NCBI GenBank assembly: GCA_010015805.1
Contig: ML978128.1
Coordinates: 992,001-1,056,000, forward strand
Direction of reading: 5' to 3'
DNA: 64,000 nucleotides
Source: Rhizodiscina lignyota
Taxonomy: Eukaryota
Position numbers and translations under genes: made by a program. This document shows positions 24,717 to 36,748 of this stretch, one piece after another (positions within the stretch are counted from its first letter, which is position 1; the number at the start of each line of letters is the position of its first letter). The notes beneath the pieces were generated by a model. It was given only the letters and a program-made list of their open reading frames with translations, ran no database searches and was not told the origin of the DNA.

Positions 24717-26390
24717 ATGCCGTCAAAGCGGTCAAAGCGGCCAATCCCGCCACCCAAGAGACGCGTGAGTTACAACTAACACTTGCACTTGTTCTACGGT
24801 CACCCTGTTGTCCCATATCGATCACCTCTTGCGCGGATTCTATCTGCTCATGCATAAGCTGACCAAGCACAGTATGAGGTGCCAGGTATGTCGACCGCGG
24901 AAGAATACGTCGACCTTCTCTACTTGGAGTTCCTGGAAGAACAAGCAGCACAAGCAGCTGCTGGCCAAGCTGTCCCAAGCAGCACTACTAGTCATTGGAA
25001 TACTCAAGCATCGCCATTCGCTTCCACCACTTCTTCCATCAATTGGAACGCTCAAGCATCGCCATTCGCTCGTGTCGCTTCTTCCATCAATTGGAATGCT
25101 CAAGCATCGCCATTCGCTCGTGTCGCTTCTTTCAATGCTCCAACGTCCAATACTCAAGCATCGCCATTCGCTAGTGCCACTTCTTTCAATGCTTCAGCGT
25201 GCAATCCTCAAGGGTCGGCATTCGCTAGTGCCACTTCTTTGAACGCTCCAGCGTACGATCCTCAGGCATCTGCATTTGCTCCTGTCACTTCTTACAATGC
25301 TCCAGCGAACGATCCTCAGGCATCAGCATCCGCTTCCAACACTTCATCCGGCCTTCCGGCGTACAATCCTCGAGCATTCGCATTCGCTCCTATCACTTCT
25401 TACAATACTCCAGTGTGCGATCCTCAGGCATCGGCATCCGCTTCCGCCATTTCTTTCAACGCTCCGGCGTACAATCTTCAAGCATCTGCATTCGCTCCCA
25501 TCACTCCTTCCAATGCTCCAGCGAACGATCCTCAGGCATCGGCATTCGTTCCCATCGCTTCTTCTAGTTCCACTTCAGGCAAGTTAAAACAGTATCCATT
25601 ATCTACAAATGAAATGTTGCCAATAGAGCGTCTAGGAAATCTCGCTTTAGAAGACGCCAGCATGACACCCTCCGGTCCCACTGCGACGAAATCCACCCGA
25701 AAGGAATTCACCTCGAAGGGCCCACGCCGCCCCGTACCGAGCAAGTACTATCTGGACTCGGCGAAGCAGGCAGTGCAGATACATAAGCCTCGACCTCAAG
25801 AGTTGCTAGTGGTACTCGACTTGAACGGCACTCTGCTCCATCGATCGAATACCGGCAAGGGCCATTCAGTGAAATTCATCGCGCGCCCCGGAGCGTACGA
25901 GTTCATCTCATGGCTGATGAACGACGACGGCAGGCAAGGACATGACCATCGCGTCATGGTATGGTCTTCGGCAAGGCCTGAGAACGTTCAAGGCATGGTC
26001 AAGAAGCTCTTCACAGAAGAGCAGCAGAAGAAGCTGGTCGCGGTTTGGGGCAGAGACACGTTGGGTCTGACACCGAAGCAGTACGGTGCGAACCCGCAGG
26101 TGTACAAGGAGCTGAAGACGGTCTGGTGGGACAGGAGCGTCGCAGAAGCACATCCTCATGGGGGGGATTGGCAGCAATTCAACACTGTCTTGCTGGATGA
26201 CAGTGTGGAGAAGGCGGCTGGCAACCCGTACAACCTCATCGAGATTGAGACGTTCGTGGCGGTGGGCGGGGAGAAGGAGCAGGTCAACGACGGTGCGCTG
26301 GAGAGGGTGAAGGAGTATTTGGTGGAGCTGGCGAAGTACAACAACGTCAGCAGCTACATGAGGCAGAACCCCTTCAGGAAGGGTACATGA
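24717..26390 (+). CDS. NIF/FCP1-like HAD-superfamily phosphatase domain protein with N-terminal repeat array, 2 coding exons
   Basis: ATG 24717 (MPSKRSKRPIPPPKRR). Intron 24765..24872 (GTGAGT..GCTGAC..CAG) is in frame with the long ORF. Motifs LVVLDLNGTLLHR, RPG, VMVWSSA, KEL..VW and NTVLLDDS..KA..NPYN. Probable 5'UTR intron at ~24625..24672. Confidence 0.85.
24995..25555 (+). repeat. Coding tandem repeat, 11 units of 48 or 54 nt (xNxQASxFAx core)
   Basis: Recurring ctcaagcatcgccattcgct / atcctcaggcatc.gcatt blocks. The first spacings are 16 aa, then 18 aa. Confidence 0.9.
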
Positions 26391-27304
26391 GCAGACGGTT
26401 TGGGCTTCTGCTTCATGTGGCTGCTGGCGTTAGCATAGCGTAGGTGATCACAAGTGAAAATTCAAGCATGATATCACCTCTCCAATTGAAATGCAGTAAT
26501 GAATTCATCCGTAACTTTACAAGTCAGCCATGACCGAGTAAGGAGCGCCTATGCGTAATCAAATGCATGCTCGTTCGTCCGGACTGTTCGGTGGATAAGC
26601 GGGTGACTTGGGTAATACAGGCTCTTGCGTAATAGAGGTGAAGCTCACATCATAGCGCAAGATATATGAGCACAAAGTGACCTTATATAAAGTCTGCTTC
26701 TGTTATTGGAAGAGAAAAACGCAGGGGTGTAACTTCAGCAATGAGTAAGTAGTAGCTTGAGCCGTGGTTGAGCATAACTGAGCTCGCCGGACCCTTATGC
26801 AGGTATTATTTTCTATTCAATTGAAAATTCCCAAGACTGTATTATATAGAAATCTCGCACTTGCAGCTGACAGTAGCTTAAGTATACCCTATGTTCCAAT
26901 ACTAGTACCGTCGGGTTTCGTGTCTGTGAAGCGCTGCTTTTAGACCTCGCCACGCCCTAGCATTTCTTCGCCTCCTCGAGCACCCGTCGGCGCATAACAC
27001 AACAACCTACACACTACACTTTGCAAACACTGGCTTTGTGACAGCATCCGCACACTGAGGTGTAAGGAGCTTCATAATTCCAGTAGATATGAGCGCATGC
27101 CTTAACATCGCCAGGACTATGAAACGAGCGCTAATTTAAGGCACAGCGTTGGGCGCGTAGACAGCCACGAAATAAAGTATAGACGCCGCGGACGCACTGC
27201 TAATATGTTCTTGAGCTTATTTTAGGAACTGCTTTCAAAACCGAGATATGGATAAGTAGCCAATAAGTCTCAGGACTTACGCAAGCGAACGTCCGACTTT
27301 CGTT

Positions 27305-28300
27305 ATGGATGATGAATCTTTCTCTGACCCCAACCTGGCACACAGCGAGGCCATCAAGATCGTCAAAGGCGTCCAATTCTCGAAAGAGGATGACGATCAT
27401 GTCCTGAAGCGTGCTTTTAAGCGTCTGCATTTGTATAATCTGTATCACAAACATTCACGTCTCGTACAGCTTGACAAGAAAATCGCGGAACTGGAAGTGG
27501 GAGTAGTGGGAGGGAAACCCGGCGAACCTGTCCCAGATGTTCGTAATATAGCAGTCAACATCGGGCAACTTCTCACTCAAGTCGACCAAGCCTTGAAAGA
27601 CTTCGGTACATCTTCTGAATGAACCTAGCTTTGGAGATTTGATGCTAAAGAGATCGACAGATGCCGCGTCACTCCAATTCCAACGTAGCATGAACGCGCC
27701 ACAGGTGCCGTCATACTTTCTCCAGCAGCTGAAGCGGGTGACAAGGACGAGGAGTTTGTCGGATTATCGTAGCCAATACGACAAGCAAGACGGATGGGAT
27801 GAATGCACCTTTCATCTCGCCTCCGAGAAAGGCTTCATCCACAGATGTGTCGATCGAAATGACGCTTTGAAAAAGGTTTTTGTGAAGGTTTGTTGCATCA
27901 TCTCTACATCGTTTTGAGCTTCAAGTCTCGTATGCTCACAAGTCACGTAGGACCCGGAAGCTCAGCAGTCGATAATGTACTCATACTCTGCCACCGCTGT
28001 GCGCGTCTTCGAGGAGGTGCTGGTTCATATATGCTTCTGCTTACTCCTTCTTATCCCTATCGTTGCACTCTCGTACATCAAGGACAAGGTCGGAAAATTG
28101 ATGATCGTTTTCGGGTTTATACTCCTGTCGGCCATGGTTGCTTCACTTTTAGCAAATACAACACAGAAGAGTAGTATTGCTGTTATCGCAGGGTAAGTTT
28201 AGAACCTCTATATTCTTACGCGATGCTTGAGTAGAATTTAACTTTCCCCAGGTATGCTGCGATTTTGGTGGTCTTTCTAGGCAATAGTCAAAGCAACTGA
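27305..28300 (+). CDS. DUF6594-like membrane protein, 4 exons
   Basis: N-terminal RAFKRLHLYNLYHKHSRLVQLDKKI resembles the DUF6594 signature. Three GT-AG introns join in frame to C-terminal TM helices LLLLIPIVALSYI..LMIVFGFILL..IAVIAGYAAILVVFLG. Confidence 0.7.
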
Positions 28301-28458
28301 GTTTCTCGGTTGTGTGTTGACGGAGCGCGAGCAACTGTCACTGCGCTATGCAGACACTGTATTCGTCCCATTGTATATGCGTAAATATTTCGTTTATATC
28401 GAACCTCGGTCTTCGTGTTGATGACAAAACAAATTGCCTGCTATGTAAGAGCAAACAG

Positions 28459-30273
28459 TTACTGTATCCTATGATATACATCGTCCCGAGTCCCTGCGGA
28501 TGACGTTGACCGCGCCAGTAATGCGGAGATTTGCCCCTGTGTCTTTTGGACTTCGAATTCCAAGCCAAACCAAGCAGCACCATATCCATCAATTGTGCAT
28601 TCGCCGCTGACAGGATACACACTGAACGTGTCTTCGCGAATCCAGGCCATTCTTAATTCTTGTGTGCGCTTTGGGTGTTTGGGCGACTGTCCATCGACGT
28701 ATACTTCAGCTTCGTGATTCTTCATATCGATAATGATCCGTTGTTGTGATAGTCTGTGCTCGTAGACCCCGGCCAATCTGGACAGTTCCTCGAGGTTGAA
28801 TCCATTGTGATCTGACCGGGGCTCTGTGTTTCTTGAGTCGATCAAGAACTGCCGCCTGCTCGCATAAATCTGTCTTACTTTCTCCACAAAATCCACACGA
28901 GGCTTCAACTTTAGCATTTGCTGTAACATGTACTGGCCAATATGGTTAGACATGTCGATTATGCCGGACGAATTGGTGAGAACAATGACGAATATGCCCT
29001 CATTTGGCTCGATATAGTAATGGCAGCTGTACCCCTTTACCGCCCCAGCCTTGGAGATAACGTAATGGCTTCCTTTCTCTTCTTTCCCAAGTAGGTAGGG
29101 AGCCTGCTCCGTGCGGTCGAAGGACTGCATTCCCATCACAGGCGAGTCCAGGAGACCATAATTACCTATGGTGGTGCTTGTGTAATCGAAAGTGTCTGTT
29201 CCAACCCCATGGAGCCTAAAAAACTCCTTCCAATCCTCCATTAAGAATTTCCTGGTCAGAAAGGCAAGTAGTTTTGCTAAGTCTTCCACACAACTGTAAC
29301 CCCCACCGACGGACAGCTCGGTCGTGTCTTGAAAATAGCGAGGCCGGTCAACCCGGTGGCATCCGAGTTCAACTGTATCAATGAACGCTTCCGCTATACC
29401 CGTTTTCTTTGTGTTGAAACCGTCAAGATCTAGCACGGTGCAGCTCATCTTCAGCTCATCCAGAACTAGTATTTTCAATGCCTCTGACAACGTTTTCGTG
29501 CCCATTGTCTCTTGGACGATCATTCCAGCGACCACGTAGTTCCAGTTACTGTATGACGAATTGTATCCCAGTGTATCGCCAGCTTTATCGCCAAGATCCC
29601 TCATGATTCTTTCAAACACCTCGTCTGACATGAAGATTGTCCCTTCTGGGCCGAAAAGATATCGTTGGTTGGCAGAGAAGGCCCGGACGTGTACAAGCAA
29701 CTCTTTAAGGGACGGAGAAATGCGACTCGGTATTTCCAATGTTTGCTTGCCTCGAATCCCGCGTAGCTGGTTTAATATTAGAAAGGCAGGCTCACTCCAT
29801 GTCTCTTCCCCTTTCATTATATCTTGGATTTTTGGTGCCTTATCGTCTTTCAGCCGTGCCAGAGTGGTCGGCTCTTCGACTATGAAACCAAGTGCTGTAG
29901 CTATGATTGTCTTCTGGACGGACCCGATCCCGAATAGTGTGTTCTCATCGATTGTGCCGTTAGGTGAAGGACCAGCGACGAGGGGTTCATTTGGAAGGCC
30001 ATCATTGGAGGTACGGTTTCCCTCATAATCGACCATTTCAGCGTAGCAAACAGCATTCCTTTGTCCAGTTGTCTTGAGCATCTCCTCGATAACATCGCGG
30101 TCGATTGAGGCGAGCATTTCTTTCATGCTGGATACACTGCTTGCAGGCTCGACGGGTGGAAGATGGCTTGTTTTAGATGGACGTCCGCGGCGTTTGGACA
30201 GGAGACGGGAGATATTGCGATGAATGGTGGCTTCCCGGCTAAGGGGGGACGCTTCTGGCCGAGAGCTAGACAT
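28459..30273 (-). CDS. Beta-lactamase/penicillin-binding-protein-like serine hydrolase, single exon, 604 aa
   Basis: TLFGIGSVQKT (SxxK), LKELLVH, YSNWNY (YxN), GGGYSCVEDLAK, SKAGAVKGY (KTG-equivalent), IVLTN. No signal peptide. Confidence 0.8.
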   Translation of the reverse strand: MSSSRPEASPLSREATIHRNISRLLSKRRGRPSKTSHLPPVEPASSVSSMKEMLASIDRDVIEEMLKTTGQRNAVCYAEMVDYEGNRTSNDGLPNEPLVAGPSPNGTIDENTLFGIGSVQKTIIATALGFIVEEPTTLARLKDDKAPKIQDIMKGEETWSEPAFLILNQLRGIRGKQTLEIPSRISPSLKELLVHVRAFSANQRYLFGPEGTIFMSDEVFERIMRDLGDKAGDTLGYNSSYSNWNYVVAGMIVQETMGTKTLSEALKILVLDELKMSCTVLDLDGFNTKKTGIAEAFIDTVELGCHRVDRPRYFQDTTELSVGGGYSCVEDLAKLLAFLTRKFLMEDWKEFFRLHGVGTDTFDYTSTTIGNYGLLDSPVMGMQSFDRTEQAPYLLGKEEKGSHYVISKAGAVKGYSCHYYIEPNEGIFVIVLTNSSGIIDMSNHIGQYMLQQMLKLKPRVDFVEKVRQIYASRRQFLIDSRNTEPRSDHNGFNLEELSRLAGVYEHRLSQQRIIIDMKNHEAEVYVDGQSPKHPKRTQELRMAWIREDTFSVYPVSGECTIDGYGAAWFGLEFEVQKTQGQISALLARSTSSAGTRDDVYHRIQ

Positions 30274-31679
30274 GTATAGCCTGTCAGGGTGTGGTAAGTG
30301 ATTAAGAGACCTTTCGGAGGCCGCTTCGAAAGACTAACTGTGGGATGGGAAGCAATAGAACGTTAAACATGAGTTATTGGAAGTTAGGAAATTGCGCGCA
30401 ACACCAAACTCCTGCGGGAAGTCTATTCCTCTTCGGAGACAGTCAAACGCGACTTCCCCTTAGTCAACTTATGCCCATCCAACATTGTGTCCCGACGGCT
30501 ACTCCTCACTCATCACGAGCGGGCAGTCATGGCGAGTGCAGATGGAACGGAACGTCTTGTCCTTATAGCATTTTGTCGTTGTTAGCCGTTCAATTCCGGG
30601 GACGAGCGCGTTTTGTCTGATATTGGTACACTAGTTGGCACCGATCCTCATCCATCATTCCGAGGCTTGGCAATTCGTAAACCACCGTCTACAGACTTGG
30701 ATCACCTCGTCCATTCAGAAATACCTGCCAATGCATTTGCGGCCTCGCTACTGCACAATTTTCAATAGCCCGGGTGGAAAATTGAACTCCTCAAAGAAGT
30801 AGCAAGCCCTTCTCCTTGATCCGGATTCTTAACCACCTCTAGCAAGAATGAAATAAGGCTAATACACGAGACATATCACAGACGAAACACAGAGACACTT
30901 CTATGTTCTCTCCTCATACGTACAATCCATCGACAATGACATCCCTTGGAAATGGTGGAATGTGATGGAACACTGTCAAGCTGTCATGGAGGAGGCTTAA
31001 AGGGGAATCAACTGCTGGGGACAGGAAATACAAAGAGAATCTGCACATCATGAGCTCTATTCCAGAGAGCATTGCTGCCAGGGAAAGATGTGGAGGACTG
31101 AGGTAAAAGAGTAGTAAATGGCAACCGCAGGGGAACAAAATGGGCGGAGTGAGCAAAAGAACACGCCCAAAAATATGACCAAGAAAGACATCAAGAACTG
31201 AGGGCTAAGATAAACTGCAGAAAGACCCTTAGCTGGTTCGGTGACTTGCGAAATGAGAAGCCAACAGCCTTCGGAATGTAGGCCCCGCCAGTCCTGCGGA
31301 TTTTTCTTATGCTTTGCATACGTTATGCATCCCCATCAACGACGTATACTTTTCCAGAAGCAAGGAGAACTCTATTGGAGCATTTCTCATTGAGCCTTGC
31401 GGCCTCCTTTCGAAAAAATGTCTCAATGCTGTAGTGAGTGTCGCATTGTGCTATCGGTAGGTCACATGAATTCTCTCGATGTTACGCGTACAGAAAGTGC
31501 AAGCTCACTGCATAGGGCCTATTCGACAAATTAGCAAAGCACACGTCGGTCTTGCAGGAAGAACGTACAGCGTACATATACTCTTAGCTATTTTGTCAGA
31601 CGTCTCTTCCTCCCCAAAAAAACCCCTTTCCGCGAATGTCGCATGTTTTGACTTTACTTATCCCAACGATCAAGAATCT

Positions 31680-32082
31680 ATGTCTGGGCCTGGGTCTGGG
31701 TCTGGGTCATCCACAATGAGAGGTTGGGACAAAGGGAAGATGACGGAGATGAGCAGAACCCCGTACAAGCATCGTCCGGAGCGGGTGCCCCAGAAGCAGG
31801 ATTCTCAGTCGAAAGGAGCTGGCGAAGACGAGACAAAGACCAAGTCGAAGCACGGCAAAAAGGGGGAGGAAAAGAAGAAGTCGGTAAGCGCAGGCTGACT
31901 CGTCGCGCGCGAGGAAGCCATCCGCTAACTAGAAGAACGGCAGGGGTGTGTTCTGCTATGATGTGGGAAGCGCAAACGAAAATTGGCGGAGAGTACTGCC
32001 CTTGGCGTTCGATGCACGGGACAAAGTGGCATTGGAAGGATTCCGTGGGACCGAAACACCAGGAAGGGCGATTTACGATTAG
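31680..32082 (+). CDS. Possible small Lys-rich hypothetical protein, 2 exons
   Basis: ATG 31680, then MSGPGSGSGSS...KKGEEKKKS. A plausible intron follows (GTAAGC..GCTAAC..AG), then a short second exon. No family recognised. Confidence 0.3.
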
Positions 32083-32499
32083 GAGTCCACTCCTATGATT
32101 TCTCCACATAAGTGTCTATATGATTTTGCGTGAGAATGCAAGCTGTAAAGGGCATCTTGAGGAGGTGGGATTCAATCCTTTGCCGCTAGTTGTGAGCCTA
32201 CTTTTACATGGAATACTTGCCGCAATGCCGTCACGCCACAGAGCGCAAGGGCCGAGCCGCGACCCCCCTCCAGTGCGGTCCGTTCCTACATGCAAGCTTA
32301 TCGTTCTAAGATCCGATACGTGAGGGACAAAGTGGTGACTATGTTTGCTACTCTTATGACTACATGCTCCGTTAAATTCACAGCTAGTGATTGGGTGGCC
32401 GGCCCTTATTATAATGAGAAATAGAGATCGCCGAGCGAGTGGAGGTCCACGGGTGTTGTAAACGGGGTGCATCACGTGATATATTCTGAGCCCAACATC

Positions 32500-33187
32500 T
32501 ATCTCGTCTCGTAAAAAGAGGGCTAGAGATATAGTATATTAAAAGATAGTCATTTTGTCTACGATAATAGCCTAATATGGAAGTAGTGATATTTCTCGAA
32601 GTTCGTGCACAATAGTCAAGTAGATTCGACGAATGTTTACATTATTACTTAGGTAGCGCGCTACAACTAGGCTTTAGTGCTGCTAACTTAGGCGAATTAC
32701 AGCTGTATAGCCAGGCAAGTATGGAAATTTCTAAGGTTGTCTTTAGGAGATAGAGGTGACGTCTTGGTACACATAGAGTGAGATTCTCGTAGATAGCCTA
32801 ATCTGGAAATGGTGATGTTTCTCGAGGTCCGTGCTCAGCACCGCCGAACGTCTCGAGAAGGCATCAGCGACTCTGGAGAAGCTTGCCGAAACCGAAGGCT
32901 ACGACGTCGATCTGGCTAATGTACGATCGCGCATCGAAACGCGTGGAAAGGGAAAAGCAAAGGCAAAGTTGGGATCCCAACCTCTCAAGGATACGCTGCG
33001 AGGCCACAATCAAGATCAATTTGTGCTACTTGAGCGACCCACTGCGGTGCAGAATGGAAGGCTGCGGTTCACAGGCGCGCAAAGGCGGCGGCAACTTGGA
33101 AGGAGAAAAGAGTGCAGTATAATGCTCGTTCAAGAACGTCTCAGCGTAAAATGCGCCAGCAGGGCGCATGAGCAAACGTTCGGCTAG
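32500..33187 (+). pseudogene. Degenerate, TpA-rich (RIP-like) coding relic with a ~44-bp imperfect direct repeat
   Basis: Copies at 32567..32610 and 32793..32836 differ mostly by transitions, including TG->TA. Reading frames are broken by stops, and only a residual ORF remains at 32831..33187. Confidence 0.45.
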
Positions 33188-33290
33188 AACAACTCAGAAC
33201 TCAGAGCGTAGGCTTGCTACAGACAGAGGATGGCGGCTGGTGTTTATTACTTCTTAATTAAGCGAGTTGAAGCTAGATAGCTAGTAAACC

Positions 33291-34086
33291 TCATAGCTTG
33301 GCTTTTGCTTCATCTGGAGGAGTGATTCTGACTGGAGTAAAAGGCACACCTAGATGGTAAAAGACCTGGTCCCAACGATCATTCCCAAACCAGTCCTTCC
33401 TTTCTCCCTCCGCATTAGTAGCCACAATCCACGGTGCGCCGAAAGCGCCAGCGCCCATCGTTTGATCGACGACTCGTTTCTTGTTCTCCGGCGTCACTGC
33501 TTTCTTCATAATCTCTTTAATCTCTTCAGGGGTGAAAATGCCCTCAAGGGCCTGGAGAACGCCCTCAGGAGTCGAGATGTTGATCCCTTTACTCCAGAAC
33601 CCTTCACTAAAAGCTGGAAACGTTTGATCGAATTTCTCAGCTGGATAGTGGTCTTTGACCCACGTCGCTACGCGAACTGGCTGTGATTACTCGTCAATTC
33701 TGCTTCAGTTTTCTCAGCCAATATAGAGAAACCCACAAAAAGAGACAGGATGGGGAAGACTTTCGGTCGCACAACTTTCAGTCCAAGAATCTCCCCAGTC
33801 ATCTGTGCATCTTGGTTTGCAAAAGCCAGCTTCGCCTTTGGAGTAGGCGTAAATGGATTCCCTACACTTTCGCGAGCGGCCCCGAGGAAGAATGGGATGA
33901 TATCAACAGAAACCCCGTAAGCATTGAGCAGTGGGCGGAAGCGGACGATATTCGTGAATCCGAACCATGAGTACGGCGATACTACACTCGAGTGGTTGGC
34001 ATGAATAGTCACTAAGTAATCATAAGAGGGGAAAACAAACCGCAGTCAACATAAATGACGAGATTCCCACCCTTTGGACGACCCAT
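33291..34086 (-). CDS. Glutathione S-transferase kappa / 2-hydroxychromene-2-carboxylate isomerase-like (DsbA fold), 3 exons, PTS1 -AKL
   Basis: ATG 34086 MGRPKGGNLVIYVDC|VSPYSW (catalytic Ser motif D.xSPYS), PFFLG, GAFGAPW and FGNDRW (kappa FGxDR). Ends DEAKAKL*. Confidence 0.88.
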
Positions 34087-34315
34087 GGTGATGTTGATTG
34101 TGCCGCAAAGGTGGGCCCCTGTTCTCCTGGGGTTTTCTCCAATTTAATACTGCGCGATTCTTCTCAACTTCGCTAGACTCGTTCGAATGCTAGCTAGTAT
34201 CGTACCACTCCAGGAGGACTGGGCCGCAAAAAATAGTATAGGGGAGTATGTCAGAGAGTGGTTATCGTTGACCTAGAACCAATGTTCGAAGGTGCGAAGC
34301 CTGGGGTAGCGCCTA

Positions 34316-34321
34316 CCGAGG
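34316..34321. promoter_or_regulatory. CCGAGG (FarA/FarB/Ctf1-type core site) in the divergent GST-kappa / CoA-ligase promoter
   Basis: Exact hexamer about midway in the ~500-bp divergent intergenic region. Short motif, so it could be chance. Confidence 0.4.
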
Positions 34322-34584
34322 TTCGCCCCACGACAAATCATTTGTAGCATTAGATAGTTATTTCTCCACTTTTATATCACTAATCTCATCTCAAGCCTTA
34401 AAGGACACCGCTAAAGAAACCACTGACAGTAAACACTGGCGTAATTTGCATCAGGAAACATGTTATATACTCGGTGGGACGATGAGTGCTTTTGGCCCTT
34501 GGCCATTCCTCACCATCCTCAGGCTCGACATGCTCTGAAGGATTGTCCTAAAGGACTTCCTCTCATCCTTTTGACTTCGATACG

Positions 34585-36351
34585 ATGACTATCACATCTG
34601 CTTATCCACCGATCACTGTCCCTCCGGTGGATCTATGGACTTTCTTATTGGAGCGAACCGATCGTGAATACTCTGATGACCATGGTAAGATTGACCTTCA
34701 AACATAATGCCTACTCACCCTCTGCAAGAATCTGACATACCTGGCAGCGATATACGTAGATATTGCCGCCCAAAAACGACTCAATTTTCGAAATATCCAT
34801 CACAGTGCAGAACAATTTGGGCGTGGGCTTCGGCAGCATTGGAATTGGCAAAAAGGAGATGTGCTGGCACTGTTCACGCCAAATTCCGCAGAGGTCGCGG
34901 CGGTCACTTTTGGTACTCTGTGGGCGGGTGGAGTTTTGTGCCCTCTGAACAACCTCTATAAAGTTGGAGAGCTGGTTTCGCAATTAAGGTCGTCCCAAGC
35001 AAAGGCTTTAGTGACTAACACTGCGTGCCTAGAAGTCGCGCGACAGGCAGCCCTGATTGCTGGATTACCTCTGGACAGAGTTCTCCTCCTGGGCGGATCA
35101 GATTCCAAAGGCCGATTTCAGCATTTCTCTAACCTGCGGAGTACATCTACTGGGATCGAGAGGGCATCAATCAATCCGGGGGAGGATTTAGCCTTCTTGG
35201 TATACTCATCTGGAACCACTGGCCTTCCAAAGGGGGTCATGTTGACTCACAGAAACATGATTGCGAACGTTATCCAGTCCAGTGCCACGGACCATGGAAT
35301 GCTCGATTTCAGGAACGACCGAAATCTTGGATTCTTACCAATGTTCCATATTTATGGTAAGTCAGACTATCAGATATTGCAGGGAGTGTTTGTTTGTCCA
35401 GGGAAAAACTAACTCTACGTTTCAGGTATTGCTGTTTTGATTCTTGGTCCAATATATCGAGGAGTTACTACGTATATCATGCAACGCTTTGATTTGAGGC
35501 AATTCTGCCACACTGTTCAGCAAGAGAAAATCACCTTCGCCTACATCGTTCCCCCAGTCGCACTCGCCTTGGCCAAACATCCTCTGGTTAACAATTTCAA
35601 CTTGAGCTCGCTCCGAATGATGCATTCATCAGCCGCACCCGTAGCCAAAGATCTGATTGAGGCAATCTATCAACGCCTCAAGGTTCCTGTTAAGCAAGGC
35701 TATGGCCTGTCCGAAGCTTCTCCGGGAGTCGCCTCTCAGAGATGGAGCGACTGGAATAATCCTATCGGCTCATGCGGGCGTTTGGTCCCCTCAATGTCGA
35801 TGAAATTTGTTGTCGATGGGCAGGAAGTACCTACTGGTGAAGAGGGAGAGATTCTGATTCAAGGACCAAATCTCTTCAAGGGTTATGACAATCCAAAAGC
35901 AACTGCGCAGTCTATCGACGCGGATGGATGGTATCGCACAGGTGATATTGGATACGTCGACAAAGAAGAAAACATATACATCACAGATCGAGTGAAGGAG
36001 TTGATCAAATACAATGGGTTTCAGGTTGCGCCGGCACAGTTAGAAGGTCTCCTGCTTGCTCATCCCGCTGTCAATGATGTGGCAGTGATTGGAGTGTACT
36101 CCGAGGAACGAGCGACAGAATTGCCCAGAGCATACGTTGTTTTAGCCAGTGGCTACAAGGCTGACGAGAAAATGGAGAAAGAGTTGAGCGACTGGTTAAA
36201 TGAGAAAGTTGCTCCATACAAACGACTTCGTGGCGGGATCCGATTCATCAACGAGATCCCAAAGAGTAGTGCCGGGAAGTTGTTGAGACGATCCCTCGTT
36301 GAACAGGCCAAAATGGAGCAAGGGCAGGAAGCTCTCAAAGCTAGACTCTGA
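34585..36351 (+). CDS. 4-coumarate-CoA-ligase-like / phenylacetyl-CoA-ligase-like AMP-binding enzyme, 3 exons, PTS1 -ARL
   Basis: ATG 34585 MTITSAYPPITVPPVDLW. AMP-binding loop YSSGTTGLPKGV, LPMFHIYG, QGYGLSE, WYRTGDIG, DRVKELIKYNGFQVAPAQLE and IPKSSAGKLLRR. Ends LKARL*. Confidence 0.92.
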
Positions 36352-36748
36352 GTTGGAAGTGATATATTGCACGACTTCAGTTCTGTGGATGAGAAAACGG
36401 TCTTTCCGTTATTACAACGGTGGACTGTTCGGCGGAAAGACAAGATATGGAACTCCAGTCATGTCACTGTGTGTGCATGCCTTAAAAACTTATATGATAA
36501 CCTTCCGATACAGAGTTATTTTGCAACACATTTAACAGTAATGCTGTCGCTGCATCATATAATGCCGCTAAAGAATTTCGAGAATCGTCTCGCGCCTCCT
36601 CCTTGCTGACGAGGAAGCAGAACTCAAGAGAAGGACCAGTGCGGCCATAAATACAGAATAAGACGAGTATCTCGGGGTTCTGAAAATAGTTATAAGATTA
36701 TCGTACTCCGTACTTTTCTGTCCAATACATTCGACCATTCGTGTGCAT

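Noticed and set aside
24995..25555. CRISPR-like repeat array
   Set aside because: Eukaryotic coding minisatellite; unit lengths are multiples of 3, with no unique spacers and no cas genes.
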